From: the human T2T-CHM13v2.0 reference genome, Homo sapiens
Reading direction: 5' to 3' (one strand)
DNA length: 64,000 nt
Assembly: GCF_009914755.1 (NCBI RefSeq)
Contig: NC_060925.1
Notes under the pieces: generated by a model
What the model was told of the DNA's origin: nothing
Seen by the model: the letters and a program-made list of their open reading frames with translations, nothing else
Databases searched by the model: none
Program-made: the position numbers and the translations under genes
Part shown: positions 27,456-39,860 of the stretch, piece by piece
Position numbering within the stretch: the first letter of the stretch is position 1
How the letters are laid out: the number at the start of each line of letters is the position of its first letter

Positions 27456-28444
27456 GATGCTATGTTATATATTCCTATGAAATATATAAAATGATTAAAT
27501 GGCATATGCTTTGACATGTGGTATATTTGTGTGTGTGAATACATTTATACGGCTGGCTGGTATTAAAGATCAACATTCTCCAACCCCGCGTTGCACAGAA
27601 GAGACGGAGGCCCCAGGAACAAAGCAGGAAGCAGAGAGGCAGATTTTCACTGAGGCTGCTGTTGCACTGGAGTTTCCCCAAGCCTTGCCCCACTTAATTC
27701 TGTAGCTGGTTTTATTCCCACTTGATGGAGATGGAAACCGAGGTACAGAGAAGTGAACTGATTCACTCAAAGATGACCAGCTCGGAAGCCATAGAGCCAA
27801 ATCCCAACCCTAGCTTTCCACCCACAGCGCACTGAGCTTCAAGAAAGGAAAGGCCTTTGAAAAAAGAACAGAACAAAACAACAACAAAAACACCCTGCTC
27901 CTTGAAGTCTCAAACATTCAGAAAGCAACTCCTTAAGGGAGTGAGTTTTGAATTATTTCCTGAGCCCCTCCACGTGCACGCCTTTCTTAGCTCTGCGGGG
28001 CTCATGGTCATCTTCCCAGAGCTACCCATGGGAACCTTTGAGAGGATGGGTAACAAATCATGATGTGGGGGCACAAAAGGCACAGCAAATCCCAAGGTGG
28101 GACTGGCTGGCAGGTGTCAGGCCTTTGGGACAGGGTGAGGGAGAGCGAGTTGGCTGGAGAGGCTGCTGTCTAAACTCTCAGTCTTCCAGTGCTTTGGGAG
28201 GGGCAGCACCCCTCTGCAACGCCAGATGCCCTGATCTGAGGCCTTTGCTCCAGCTCTTCCCTCTGCATGAGTGCCATCTCTATCCCCACATGCTGCCCTC
28301 AGTCTTCCAGGGCCCAGTTCATCCAGGCATTTGTGCATTCTTATTGGTGAACACATTTTAATTGAGGGCCTGCTAGGTGCTAGAGCAAAAGACATAGTAT
28401 CAACCCTGTAGGTGCCTCTAGTGCTCAGAGAAAGGCTACCCAGG

Positions 28445-28685
28445 GTCATTCAAGCATAGACTCTGGGGCCAGACTGTCTAGGCTCACCCTGGCTAAGCCA
28501 CTTCACAGCCCTGTGTGTTTGGGCCAGTCACAGTCTCTCTGTGCGTCAGTTGTCATCTGTAAAAGAGGATGAAAAGAGCACCTGCCTCACAGACTAGTGC
28601 AGGTGGAGTGTACATCTGTGTAAAGCTCTTAGAGAACAGTGCCTGGCATGTAGTAAGTGCTCAATAAACCTCAGTTGCTATAAAC
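28445..28685 (+). mobile_element. MIR, near full length
   Basis: 'catctgtaaaa...acagtgcctggcatgtagtaagtgctcaataaa'. Confidence 0.85.
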
Positions 28686-30539
28686 ATTCTCATCATTACC
28701 CTCTGGTGCAGATTCCCTCCTTATGATGCCCACCCTACTTTTGTCCTCTGGCTGGTACCTCCTCTATGGTCCCATAGCACTTTGAACACCCCTCCATGAG
28801 AGCACTGATGGGCATGCAGTACAGGTGTCTGAGGACCTGTTCCCTCCTTGTCTCTACCTGGGTAGAGACTAAGTTTATTCATCTCCATCCCAGCACCCAG
28901 CACAGATGTTATAACATCACCAGGTTTATGTCAGCATTTGCAGGTAATGTGTGCCTTCAATTCCAGTCGAGAAAAGTCTTAGAGGCATTAGAGGTTGTCT
29001 ATCTGGCCTTATCATGTAGCTCATCCATGTTGCCCTTGAACTGTGGGGTCTGACCCTGGGTGTGATCTTTCCGATGAGAACCAAGTTGATGAGGGAGCTG
29101 TGTGCTAAGCTTCCATGAATGCTTCTCTGTGACAGGGAGTTCTGCTGGGCAGGACATCGAAAACACCAACTACTGACACCCCAACACATCCTGGTGTTTC
29201 CCGTGCCATGCCTTTCTCCACTGGGGCCCCATGACCCCACTGCTGATCTAAGAACTCCCATGGATCCTTCGGGTGCCAGTGCTCCTGGCCCCACCCCCCA
29301 CAATGCTTCTGCTAGCCACAGCCCCCACTGAATGTAGCTCCCTCTCTCCTGGTCTTCTCTTGTTTCTGCCCTGGGCCTGTGGGGCTGCTCCTGCTCTCAG
29401 TGTGTGGCTGTTCCTTTGTCTATGTGTCCCTTCTGGAGAAGGGGCAAACTTGCTCTTGTTTGGGCCCCCAGTGTCCACCAATGCCAGGATCAGAGGGGTG
29501 TCAGGAAAGCTCTGCTGAGCTCATTTTTCAGAGGAAAGTCAAGCCCGCTGGCCTGACCTCCCATTAAGGCACGCACGCTGACTGATCACACCACCTTCTG
29601 AACCCAAAACTCACAGGTGGCTCTAGGCCAGCCCTGCCCATCAGTTGCCACTCACTCCATCGCAGGGCTGAGTCAGCAGGGAAGCCCCGAAAGTAAGTGC
29701 TGAGCACGTGGTGCATACCGTGCTGGCCTCTCGCTTGAGCTCTTGCGTTTGACTCTGGCACCGCTGCAGGAGGTGGGTGTTCTATACAGAGAGGCCTTCC
29801 TGAGGCTCTGATGGTTCCACCGCTCCTCAAAGGAGGGGCAGGGCAGGGTTGGAGCAAGGCTCTCTTTGGCCCCAGAACCTACTCATTCTACACTCCTGTG
29901 AGACGACAGGTGTGTGAAAGTGTTCTGAGTTCTACCAACGGAGGAAACTGTAAAACCATAGAATTGCCAGCTATTACCCACCACACAGAAATCACTCTAG
30001 TACAACCTTGCTATCAAGAAGAAGGCTTCAGGGGCCTTGGGAACAGCATTGAATCCTTACAGAATTGCTGCCCAGGAGGGGGTGGCCTATTGTCCTTCAG
30101 GGGTAGGAAAGGAGGAGAGTGAGTGGGAACTGGAAGAGCAGAAGAGAAGCAGTCCTGTGGCTGGAGTGGCAGCCCAACGCAGGATGGGGCCCCGGGGACC
30201 TGAAAGGATGCAGAGGGATGCTGGAGTCTGTGAGAGCCGAGGCCACAGACACTTCAGCACGGGGTGTCCTGCCCTGGGCCCCTATTGAGGTTCTGTAGAT
30301 TCTGACATGTGCACCTCCTCTCATCTCGGCCTCCCCACCACTTTCCTCCCCACCCTCCCACACCCCGGTAGGGGCCTCTCTCAGAACCACAGGGCTGACT
30401 GTCTCCCTTCCCTGCTTGTGTAGGACCCAGCCTGAGCTCCTGGGTGACCAGAGTCCTGCCGCTCTCTTGGCCTCACTCCCATACTCCTCCTCTTGGGCTC
30501 TGCATCCCAGCGACTCCACTGCTCCACTTGCTGTCCCTT

Positions 30540-30825
30540 GGGCTCAGAATGCTCTTCTTCCATTTTTCACCCGGTGAACTTCTATTCATCCTTCAAAGCC
30601 CAGTTCAAGCGTCAACTTTAAATTGTCTTCCTTGAACTACCCCCACAACCAAACCCCGACAGAATAGAGCCCTCCTGCCTTCACAGGTTTTGCTGTTCTG
30701 TGGCTATTTGCACATCGATCTCCTCCACTGGAGCAGAAGCTTCTTGAGGATAATGCCATGATTTGTTCATCTCTGTGCCTCAGTGCCCAGCACAGAGGAT
30801 AGAGCACAACAGGCAATAAATGATG
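30540..30825 (+). mobile_element. L2 3' fragment
   Basis: 'ttctattcatccttcaaagcccagttcaa', 'agcttcttgagg...ttcatctctgtgcctcagtgcccagcacag'. Confidence 0.65.
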
Positions 30826-32720
30826 TCCTGATGACGAGGTCATGAGAGGGCAGGCATGGGGCTGGTGATTGCATCTGAGTTTGACTTCCAGCAGCATTTA
30901 CTAGGAGAAATACAGGCCCCCTCCCCAAAATGCACACGTACACATATAAGGTGAACACACAGCTCAGTCCAGGATCTCTGTGGCTGTAAAGTCCATGGAG
31001 CAATCAAACAGGAGACTGAGTTCTAAGGATGTGGTACACAGCTGCAGTGTCAGCCCCACTGTCCTCCCCAGAGCCCAGGGCCTTGGCTTGAGCCCTGCTG
31101 GGTTCACCGAGTCCCACTCCCTCACTTTGCAGACAAGGAAACAGAGACCCAGAAAGGAGATGCTTGCTTAAGATTTTCCTGAGCAATAAAGGCAGGCCTG
31201 GGGTCAGAAGCATTTCCCTTGGCTCCTGGCCCAGGACTCTCCCATCACCATATGCTGCCATTTGCAGAAATGCCAGCTGCAGGACTCGTGACATTTGGGT
31301 GGCTTTTTCCTAAAGTGTCGGTAGCGTGTGGGGCTCCATTCTCCTGCCCGAGGCTAAGGTCATTCCTGTCTACCTCCTGGCCTCAAAACACAGCCTAATG
31401 GCCTTTGGGCTGTGCTGAAACTGCCCTGTGTCCTGTGGGGGATGGGGAGGGCTCACCTGCCAAAAACCAGCCGTGGTCTCATGGTCAAGATGTGTCAGAG
31501 ATTTCTAGAGCTTGGAGAACTGTGTTGGAGGGAGGCCTGTGGGAAGTAGAGAAAGTGAGAATATTATGCCACCGCCATCTGTCAACTTTCATCTGAGTTT
31601 GAAAAAGGCACCCAAAAATGGTGAGCACAGCCTTGCTGAAAGCAAAGCCCCAGCCACTACCCCTTCTCTAACATGGTTATGACGAGGTCAAGATCAGGTC
31701 CCTGCGGATGAAACCACAGCCTCAAAACCCCAGTACAGAGCTGCAAGTCACAAGTTGTCTGCCCTGAGGAACCCCACAGGTATGCTGGTCCTGTACTCAG
31801 GCCTAAGGCTGGAGGAACTCCCACTTCCAAACACTCCTCGGGGAAAACACCCTTTGTGGGTTCCCTAAGCACTGCTCATTGTAATTCACTCATTCTTGCT
31901 TTCATTATTCATTCATTCATGCAAGCATTCAACAGCCATTTGGGAAATTGTTAGGTGTTGGTATCAGGTCCTCATAGAGATGAAGTCTCTGAGTGTGACA
32001 GCCTAGATCCAGTAAGAAAGGCGTGTGTAGACCCAGGACAAATGCCACAGGCTGGTGGGTTGCCTCCCTTCTCCAAGTGACCTCTGTGCCAGGTGCTGGG
32101 CAAAGCACTTTGGTTAAGCTGTGCAGGATGGCAGAATGTTTCTACCATTTTCGGTACAAGGACCTCTCTTTGTATGAAATTATTTCTCCAAACTCCTGAT
32201 GGTAACTGTATACCTATTATCTTCTCATTGAGAAAATAAACAATACAAAAGTTACAATGAACTAATGCTTTACAATTAACTTGTATTTTAGTAATTATAG
32301 CACCACTACATATATTTAAATTAAGGTTGGACACATACTCATTTGAGACATATTATTTATGTCTTCTAGGCTTAAGGCTTTGAGCCCTTGGGGATCCATT
32401 CATTCAATATTCATTCATTCAACAGACATTTATGGAGCATCTCTGAGATGCCCAGCCCTCTGGCTCAAAGATTAGGGATCCTGGTTCAAGAAGGAGCTCC
32501 AGCTCTGCAGTGAGGTACACTTAAGCTTAAGCCCAGGTAACACTGGATGTGTGCCCTTAGGGAGGCCATCTGGTCTTCTTCCAGCTCTGAGTCCTCAAGA
32601 GTAAGATGGAGATGTAATCCTGACATTGGAAAGTTGTTACGAGGAGTAAATGAGATAGTAGAAAGCATCCAGGTAAGGGCCTGGCACCAAGCAGAAGCTC
32701 AACAAATGGGCACCCGAGGA

Positions 32721-32800
32721 TTATCATCATCACCATCATCCCCACCAACATCAACATCATTACTATCAACAACAGCAGCAGCAGCAGCACCACCACCATC
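32721..32800. repeat. Compound trinucleotide low-complexity repeat (CAT/CAA/CAG/CAC)
   Basis: Read directly; includes (CAG)5; lies at the 3' end of a MIR fragment (~32580-32710). Confidence 0.85.
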
Positions 32801-32870
32801 TTGCTTCCCTTCTCTTACTGAACCTTGAGAAGCCTTTCCTTGTCCCTCTACTAGGGTATACAGTAGTTTC

Positions 32871-32937
32871 TACCTTATAATAGAGTTATTTGTATCCACA
32901 CTTAAAATACCTTATAATAGAGTTATTTGTATCCACA
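32871..32937. repeat. Perfect 30-bp direct repeat with 7-bp spacer
   Basis: taccttataatagagttatttgtatccaca at 32871-32900 and 32908-32937. Confidence 0.95.
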
Positions 32938-32949
32938 TTTTCTTTCTTT

Positions 32950-33150
32950 GGTTCATGCCCAGCTCTGTAATTTCAGAGTTGCGTGAACTTAGGTAAGTTA
33001 TTTAACCTCTCTGAATTTGTTTCCCTGTATGTAAAATGGGAACTGTATTTTTAGTAATTCATTGAATTGTAATGACTAAATGAACTGATGTACATAAAAC
33101 CTCAACACAATATCTGTCATGTGGTAAATGCTCAGATATTGCAGGTCATT
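32950..33150 (+). mobile_element. MIR
   Basis: 'aagttatttaacctctctg...tgtaaaatggg'. Confidence 0.75.
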
Positions 33151-33924
33151 ATTATTCATGTTATTGTTATTATTATTAACATTAGTATTAATACAATTTC
33201 TCCTCCTGGCCTGTGAGCCCCTAGGGGCATAGTCCATTGAAAATTCATTTCTGTCTCCCCACAGAGTCTAGCACAAGGCCGGTCTCCCAGCAGATATTAA
33301 TAAATGATTGCTAAAACAGTCTTGGAGGTTCACACAAATCAAGTGCAAAATAACTCAAAGGGCATGGTCAAGGGTAAAGAGCCTTGTCAGGACCCTGAAA
33401 AACCCCAACAGATGTCCTGAAGGGAGTTTTTTGTCACCCATGGAGCCAGGCTGCAGGACTGCTAGGACCATTCATTCATTCATTCGTTTATTCATCACAC
33501 TGACACCCAATTTTCACTTTGGTTGACTAACAAACCCTTGCCCGGTGCTTTTTCCTATTGTGAAATCTCGTTTCCATCTGCTACCTCATTTAGTCTCCAC
33601 GAAAATTTTGAGAAGAAGATAGAATAGGTACATTACTGACAATCCATTCTGTAAATAGATGAAGGCCCAGAGAGGTGACAAGGCTTGACAAAGGACATAC
33701 AGCTGTCAAGGCCACAGTGGGAAACGGACCAAGGCTCTGCTCATGATCTTGACTCCTTCCTGCTGGCACTTTCCAAATCCAGGATCATTCATTCTTGATT
33801 CTCATTGTCCAGTTTGCTTCTCAGCAAATAAAACTGAATTAAATTATTTTTGGTGTTATTTTAACATGACTGTTGGAAAAGAAAGACTCTAAATTCCATA
33901 AGGGCAGAGACTATGAGAGCCCTA

Positions 33925-34165
33925 ACAGTGTGGGGGCAGGTAAATGTATGAACTCTGATCCCAGACTGCATGCGTCCGAATCCTGATTCTGATACTTAAT
34001 AGCTGTGGGACCTTGGGCAAATTACTTAACCTCTCTGTGCTTCAATTTCTTCCTCTATAAAAAAAGGATAATAATAGCTATCTATAGGGTTGTTGTGAGG
34101 ATTAAGTGATCCAATCCGTGTACAATCCCTAGAACAGTACCTGGTGCATAGTAAGGGTTAGTTGT
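33925..34165 (+). mobile_element. MIR, near full length
   Basis: 'ccttgggcaaattacttaacctctctgtgc...atagggttgttgtgaggattaa...tagaacagtacctgg'. Confidence 0.9.
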
Positions 34166-34479
34166 AATTATTATTTGTATTATTATTTGTGACGTATCTC
34201 CTGCACCTAGCATAAGACCCAACACATAAAAAATCCCTAATAAATATTTATTGGATTGTTGAATGGATAAAATACTTTCTGTAAAGAAGTAAGTATCTAT
34301 GCTTTAAGTATTATTAAATATCTATGCTTAAGTATTATTGAGCAAGGCAAAAGAATAGCTGAAGCTCTGGCCCCAAAGAAGCTGGAGTCCCCCAGTTCCT
34401 TGCTCACAGATCTAGGCGGGAGGAGATTCGTGATTCCAGGATTCAAAGGCCTGTCCACCAACTGGCAGTAAATGTGACT

Positions 34480-34690
34480 CATGGTTAGGAACACAGGTTT
34501 TAGAGTCAGACACTTAAATTCAAGTCCTCACTCTTGTTCTGTCACTCACTAGTTGTATACTTACCTCCTGTACTTGCCTCAGTACCCTCATCTGTAAAAT
34601 GGGAATACTCACACCTACCTTGAAGGGATGTTGGGTGGATTAAATGTCATATGCAGGAGGTGAAGCTTCCTGCACCTGGGCCCAGTCCAC
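34480..34690 (+). mobile_element. MIR
   Basis: 'tagagtcagac...cctcatctgtaaaatgggaata...cctacct'. Confidence 0.75.
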
Positions 34691-36169
34691 AGCCACAGTA
34701 ACAATGAGCTTACAGGATCAACAGCAGCTCATCCTATGGGCCAACTTGTTCTGTGCTAAGCATCGCTTCCACCGCTTTCTCCCTCACATGGGATTTGGGG
34801 GCCTTCACCAGGGATGGACTCATTTGCATAGCCCAGGCTCCACCTTCTAGGCCAAAAGGCTGCTATGAAAAGGCACATTCTCTATTTGGCTTCAGCATGA
34901 ACTGGGCTCTGTGGAGGCGAGACAGCTGCTTAGGAAATGGGCTCCTGGGAAAGGTGGTCTCCAGAGAATCAGCTTAGAGAATTCCTTGCAAGCGCCAGTG
35001 CCAGCAACTAGCAGCCTGTATGCAGCTGCCTCTGAGTCAGTCCCAGTCCCTGTGGTGGCTACAGACCCTTCCTTTACTCTGTTTCTCCCACTAAGACCCC
35101 AAGGCTGGCAGCCTGTCCTGCTTATGGGAAGGAGCTAACATCCATTGAGCCAGAAGCTTTAATTCTTTGCCTCGTTTAGACTTCACAATGAGTCTGCAGT
35201 GGGCACTTGAATCTTGCCACATACCAGCCATGAGACCCTGGGCAAACCATTCAGCTGCCCATGTCTGTTTCCTTAACTATGAGCACATGTCAATATCCTT
35301 GTACACTAGACCCATTTTGCAGAAAAGGAAGCTGAACCATAGAGAGGGAAAGGCATTGTCAAGATCATAGAACTAATAAATGACAAAGCTGGAGCTGTTT
35401 GACTTCAAAGTTCCATGCATTCATTCATCCATCAATTATTATTTTAGAGCCTACCTTATGGTGGGCACTGGCTCCATAGACTGTTTTTAAAAATATCTGT
35501 ATTATCAATTTCCCACTGCTCCTAAGATACCAGTATGCAAGGCAATTCAATTTAACAAAGACATCAAGTCCTTCTATGTGCCCAGGCACTGTGCGAGGTT
35601 CTGGTATAAAGGATCACATTGAACCCTCATGACAATCCTGTGCAGTTGACCTTTTTATGCCCTTTACAGAGGACAAAATGGGTAATTCAAAGAGGCAAGA
35701 GAACGTGTCCAGGCTCACTCACGGAGCCTGGATGGACGCCTATGCCCATGTGATGCCAAAACTCACTTCTTTCCCTTCCCACCATGTTTCTTTCTCTACG
35801 CTCTCATCTCCCCACCCTGGCCTGGCCTGCAATGATGCAGCCTCTGGAAGTTCCATCAGTATCCCTGGCAGAGGGTGTTCTCCATCCAGCAGAGAAGGAC
35901 AGCTGTCAGCCCTACCAGCCTGTGCCATCCACACTGGATCTTCAGGACTCTGCTTCTCCCTGGCTCCTTCCACTCCCTGAACTTGACCCCAGGATGACAG
36001 ACCTATAAAACCCAGAAACATGTTTGCTTGTATCTTGCCTACTTCCAAAAAGGATGTGAGGAAGGTTAAGGAACAAAAGTGCAGACCGAGGCTCAAAACA
36101 CTGGACAAAAGCAAAATCCAGATGTAAAAGAGCAGGGGGTGCTGGAAGCAAATGTTTTGAAGGACACTG

Positions 36170-36430
36170 CCCGGCGCTCACAGGGTGTGAGGAAATGGGT
36201 GCTCTCACATCGCTGCTGGTAGTGAAAATAGACAGAATGCTTTTGAAAGGCAACTTCAGAGCGTGCATCAAGAACTTTGCCTCACAAATATCCACACTTC
36301 TGGGTGTAGTCATCCCAATTCCCAGAAAGACAGTCTAAGAAAAAAAATTCTAAGCAAGTTCCATGCAGTCTTACTTCTAATACTGAGGCATTGAATACCG
36401 ACAGCAAATCTAAGTGCTAACACAGGGAAA
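36170..36430 (+). mobile_element. Old L1 (L1ME-like) fragment
   Basis: 'ggtgtgaggaaatgggtgctctcacatcgctgctggt...ttttgaaaggcaac'. Confidence 0.55.
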
Positions 36431-36468
36431 GGGCTAACACACCATTGAAAACTAGGGTACAGCTATAT

Positions 36469-36547
36469 CAAGGGTTGATAGCCTGCAGTACAAATCCAAC
36501 TGGTAGCCTGTTTTTGTAAATAAAGTTTTATTGGGACACAACCATGC
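36469..36547 (+). mobile_element. MER58-like (hAT-Charlie) 5' fragment
   Basis: 'caaatcc...gcctgtttttgtaaataaagttttattgggacaca.ccatgc'. Confidence 0.75.
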
Positions 36548-36625
36548 AAACACATGGAAAGGGTTAACCTACCATTGAAAACTAGGGTACAGCTATATCA
36601 GAGGTTGACAGCCTGCAGGACAAAT

Positions 36626-36806
36626 CAGGGTACATGTGCAAGTTTGTTACATGGGTATATTTTGTGATGCTGAGGTTTGGGCTTCAAATGATCTCATTGC
36701 CCAAGTGTGAACATAGTACACTATAGGTAGTTTTTCAACCCTTACCCCCTTTCCTCCCTGTCCCCTTTTAGGATTCCCAGTGTTTATTGTTCTCATCGTT
36801 GTGTCC
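36626..36806 (-). mobile_element. Primate L1 (old L1PA/L1PB) 3'UTR fragment lacking its poly(A)
   Basis: 'gggtacatgtgcaagtttgttacatgggtata...gatgctgaggtttggg...aggtagtttttcaaccct'. Confidence 0.85.
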
Positions 36807-36820
36807 GAATACATGTGTTT

Positions 36821-37153
<333 letters not shown>

Positions 37154-37976
37154 TAGCTGAATATGCTCTGGGCGTATTAGTGGCCACAGTAAAGAGTGAA
37201 GATGGGTTTTAATTGTCTGGCAGTAGGAGGGGACCAGGAAACCAGGAAAGTCAAACTCTCCTGGCCCAGATTTTGGAGAGGAATTAGTCACCAGGGTCTT
37301 TGTTTCAAGGAGTTTCTGAGCAACACAATGGACAACTTTCTCTACTGTTCCGCCGATGTTCTGAGGTGTTGCCCACATAGACAGCAAGTCCTGGTTATTG
37401 GTCCTCTAACAATGTCAAAGAAAGAATGTTAAGCTATCGTTCTATAAAGGCAATTCACTCAGTGGTCAGGGTGATATAGGAGTTCAGTTCAAATAAAATA
37501 TTGCAGAATCTTCTAGAAAAAAGCATCATCATATCTAGCTGACCAGTGAGTTTTAGCCAGAGAATATTTTCTTTGAAAATAACCCTTAAATTGCAGATCA
37601 GCATGTAAGACAGATAAAGGCAGGGTACTCTGGTGGAAGCTGTGCTGGGTATATTTCATGCTGCTCCCCTCAGCTCCCCCGGGGCTGCCCCTTGAAGGGG
37701 TTCTGCAGGACCTCTGGGGCTTCTTAGAGCCCAGCTGGTGAACTGCTACATTAGACCATCCCCAGGGCACCTGCTGCATCCCTGGTCTTTTGCCAAGTCG
37801 AGGGCACTGGCAGGAGAAGCAGAGGATACTCTGCTACCCACAGAAGGCAGAACCATGTCCTCTAGAAACCAGAACTACCACGAGGGCAATGACAAGATTT
37901 CGTTGTGAAAATTAAAAAGTGCGACTTATGATTATGCTTCCATGGAGGGCCTTGGGTGGGGCAAGAAAGGACTTAC

Positions 37977-38050
37977 CCTCTCTCGGATGGCAGTTCTGGA
38001 GCAGTTTCAAAGTCTCTTAAAGGGCCAAGGCTGAGGCCCAAGTCCCCGTA
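37977..38050 (-). other. Candidate 74-nt exon on the minus strand
   Basis: Minus-strand acceptor 'ccctcctcacccttcccag' and donor AGG|GTAAGT; unique sequence. Confidence 0.35.
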
Positions 38051-38179
38051 CTGGGAAGGGTGAGGAGGGTCTCTGGCGGGTGGATATGCCTAGAGGACAA
38101 ATGTGTGAACCAAGGTTTTTGATCCATTTTCATTCCAAGAGGGAAGAACAAGAAGCCTATTGGGAGTTGGGTGTAGATG

Positions 38180-38420
38180 GTACAGTGAAGTCACTAAGAG
38201 GGGGATCTTGGGTCAGATTTGAATCCTGCTCTGCTACTTATTAGCTGTGCCCATGAGAAAGTTACTGACTCTTTCTAAACCTCAGTTTCCTCATCTGTAG
38301 AAAAGGAAAATGAAAGCCATATATGATAGAGTTGTGGGAAGAATAAAATGATTTACTGCATGCCAAGTGCTTAGCACCTTACCTGCCCTAATGAATACAT
38401 GCTCAATAACGGTTTGCTAT
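38180..38420 (+). mobile_element. MIR
   Basis: 'tttgaatcctgctctgctacttattagctgtg...cctcagtttcctcatctgta...gctcaataa'. Confidence 0.85.
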
Positions 38421-38844
38421 CTGCAGCAATAGACCTGGCCAAGCCGAACCCTGGCCTGTCAGGAGTCAGTAAGCCTGGGGTTTGACCTTCAATTCATGTG
38501 GGCTTGAAGAAAGATTCAGGGATGTTCCGGGGCTGACACCAGTTTCCTGTAGCTGATGAGCAGAAGACTTGTTAGAATTTCTAGAGTGACTGGGAGATGC
38601 CAGGAGGGGCCATCCCCCAGGTGAGTGCACAGGGAGCCTCTAGAAGGATTCGATAGAATCCTCTGCCCTATCAGGGTGACATTAGGGAGGGACTACCTTT
38701 GTGGGGACCTGAGAGAGTGCTTCATGTACCTTCTGCTCTGAGTGACCAGCCCCATGCAGTTGAGATTGTACATCGTTTACCTCCACATGGGAAGGCATGC
38801 CAGTCAATCTCTGCTCTGTCTCTGGGTCAAGCATCATGTGCTAC

Positions 38845-39260
38845 CGTGGTGGGCATTTGTTGACTTTTGCCCACTTGGCACCCCTTCTCCCCACTTTGGC
38901 AATAGCATTCTGATTTCATTTGGGGAAATCAGCTCTCCTGGTCTTGGTGGACAGTAAATCAGGGCTTCCTGCTTTCTCACAACCAAGGGGAGGGCATGAG
39001 CCTAAGCCAGGCATCTCAGATGCTCTTTGCCAGGCCCTGACTCTGCGAGCTCATTCTTCCATCTCTGTGGCCATGACAAGACCACTTCTGATTAGTTCCT
39101 GTTTTCTGGTCCCTGGAGGGGCCCTGGATCCTTTTCTGAGTCTGCTTCTTCAGCCTTCCTGTCAATTCCGTAAGATTCTCATTATCCTTCTGATATATTC
39201 CCTCTTTGCTTAAGTTATCTCAAGTCAGCTTCTGTTGCTTACACTGAAGAGCCCTAATGG
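38845..39260 (+). mobile_element. ERVL solo LTR (LTR33/LTR16 group)
   Basis: 3' end 'ttccctctttgcttaagtta...cttctgttgcttacactgaagagccctaat'. Confidence 0.55.
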
Positions 39261-39439
39261 TTTCTGAGAGGAACAAGTCAAATGGCTTCCTTTGGCACAA
39301 AAAGCTATGACCAGGAGCTCTGGCACCAAAACTGCAAACAAGAAAACTTCAAGTCAAGTACTAGAAGCAACCTAGTAGCCATGTCATCCCCCATGTCTTC
39401 TCTGCTGTTGGAGGCTGCTTTTATTGGGGTGAGCTCAGA

Positions 39440-39860
39440 ACTGAATGAAACTCCATTCCATTTTCCAGTGATTGGCTCATATGACTCAGTTCTGGTCAGC
39501 GGGGTAAATTACTCCCATTTTAGAGTTAAGGGAAGCCTTTCTCAGGGGTTCTGGGAAAGAGTTTCTTTGCTAATAAAAAGAGAATCTGGGGAAGATGTTC
39601 CTCTTCTGCACCCCCTACCACCACATGGCATATGGCCCTGGACTGTGCCAGCTACCCATGGCCTTGGGTCATGACACTGCAGCTATGGAGGTGAGGCTGG
39701 CCAACGGGGAAGCTGGAACATGCCTGGATTCTGGATTTCTGGGCTGTACGTTTTTCAGCTTTTGAACCACTCCTACCTCCACTCTTTGGAGTGAAACCCC
39801 TATTGTGTAAGTCCCTTGTAGTTAGCTTTCTGTTACCTGCAGCCCAAAGCCTCCTAACAG
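39440..39860 (+). mobile_element. Old MaLR LTR (MLT1J/K-like)
   Basis: 'catatgactcagttctggtca', 'ttctgggaaag'; 3' end 'ttctgttacctgcagcccaaagcctcctaac'. Confidence 0.6.

Noticed and set aside
32547-32828. ORF with Ser/Ala/Pro runs and a CAG tract suggesting a polyQ/polyA gene
   Set aside because: Built from a MIR plus its low-complexity tail; only five CAG units
32871-32937. 30-bp repeat pair resembling a CRISPR repeat or containing a DnaA-box-like 'tatccaca'
   Set aside because: Only two copies with a 7-bp spacer, no cas genes, primate context; it is a simple local duplication
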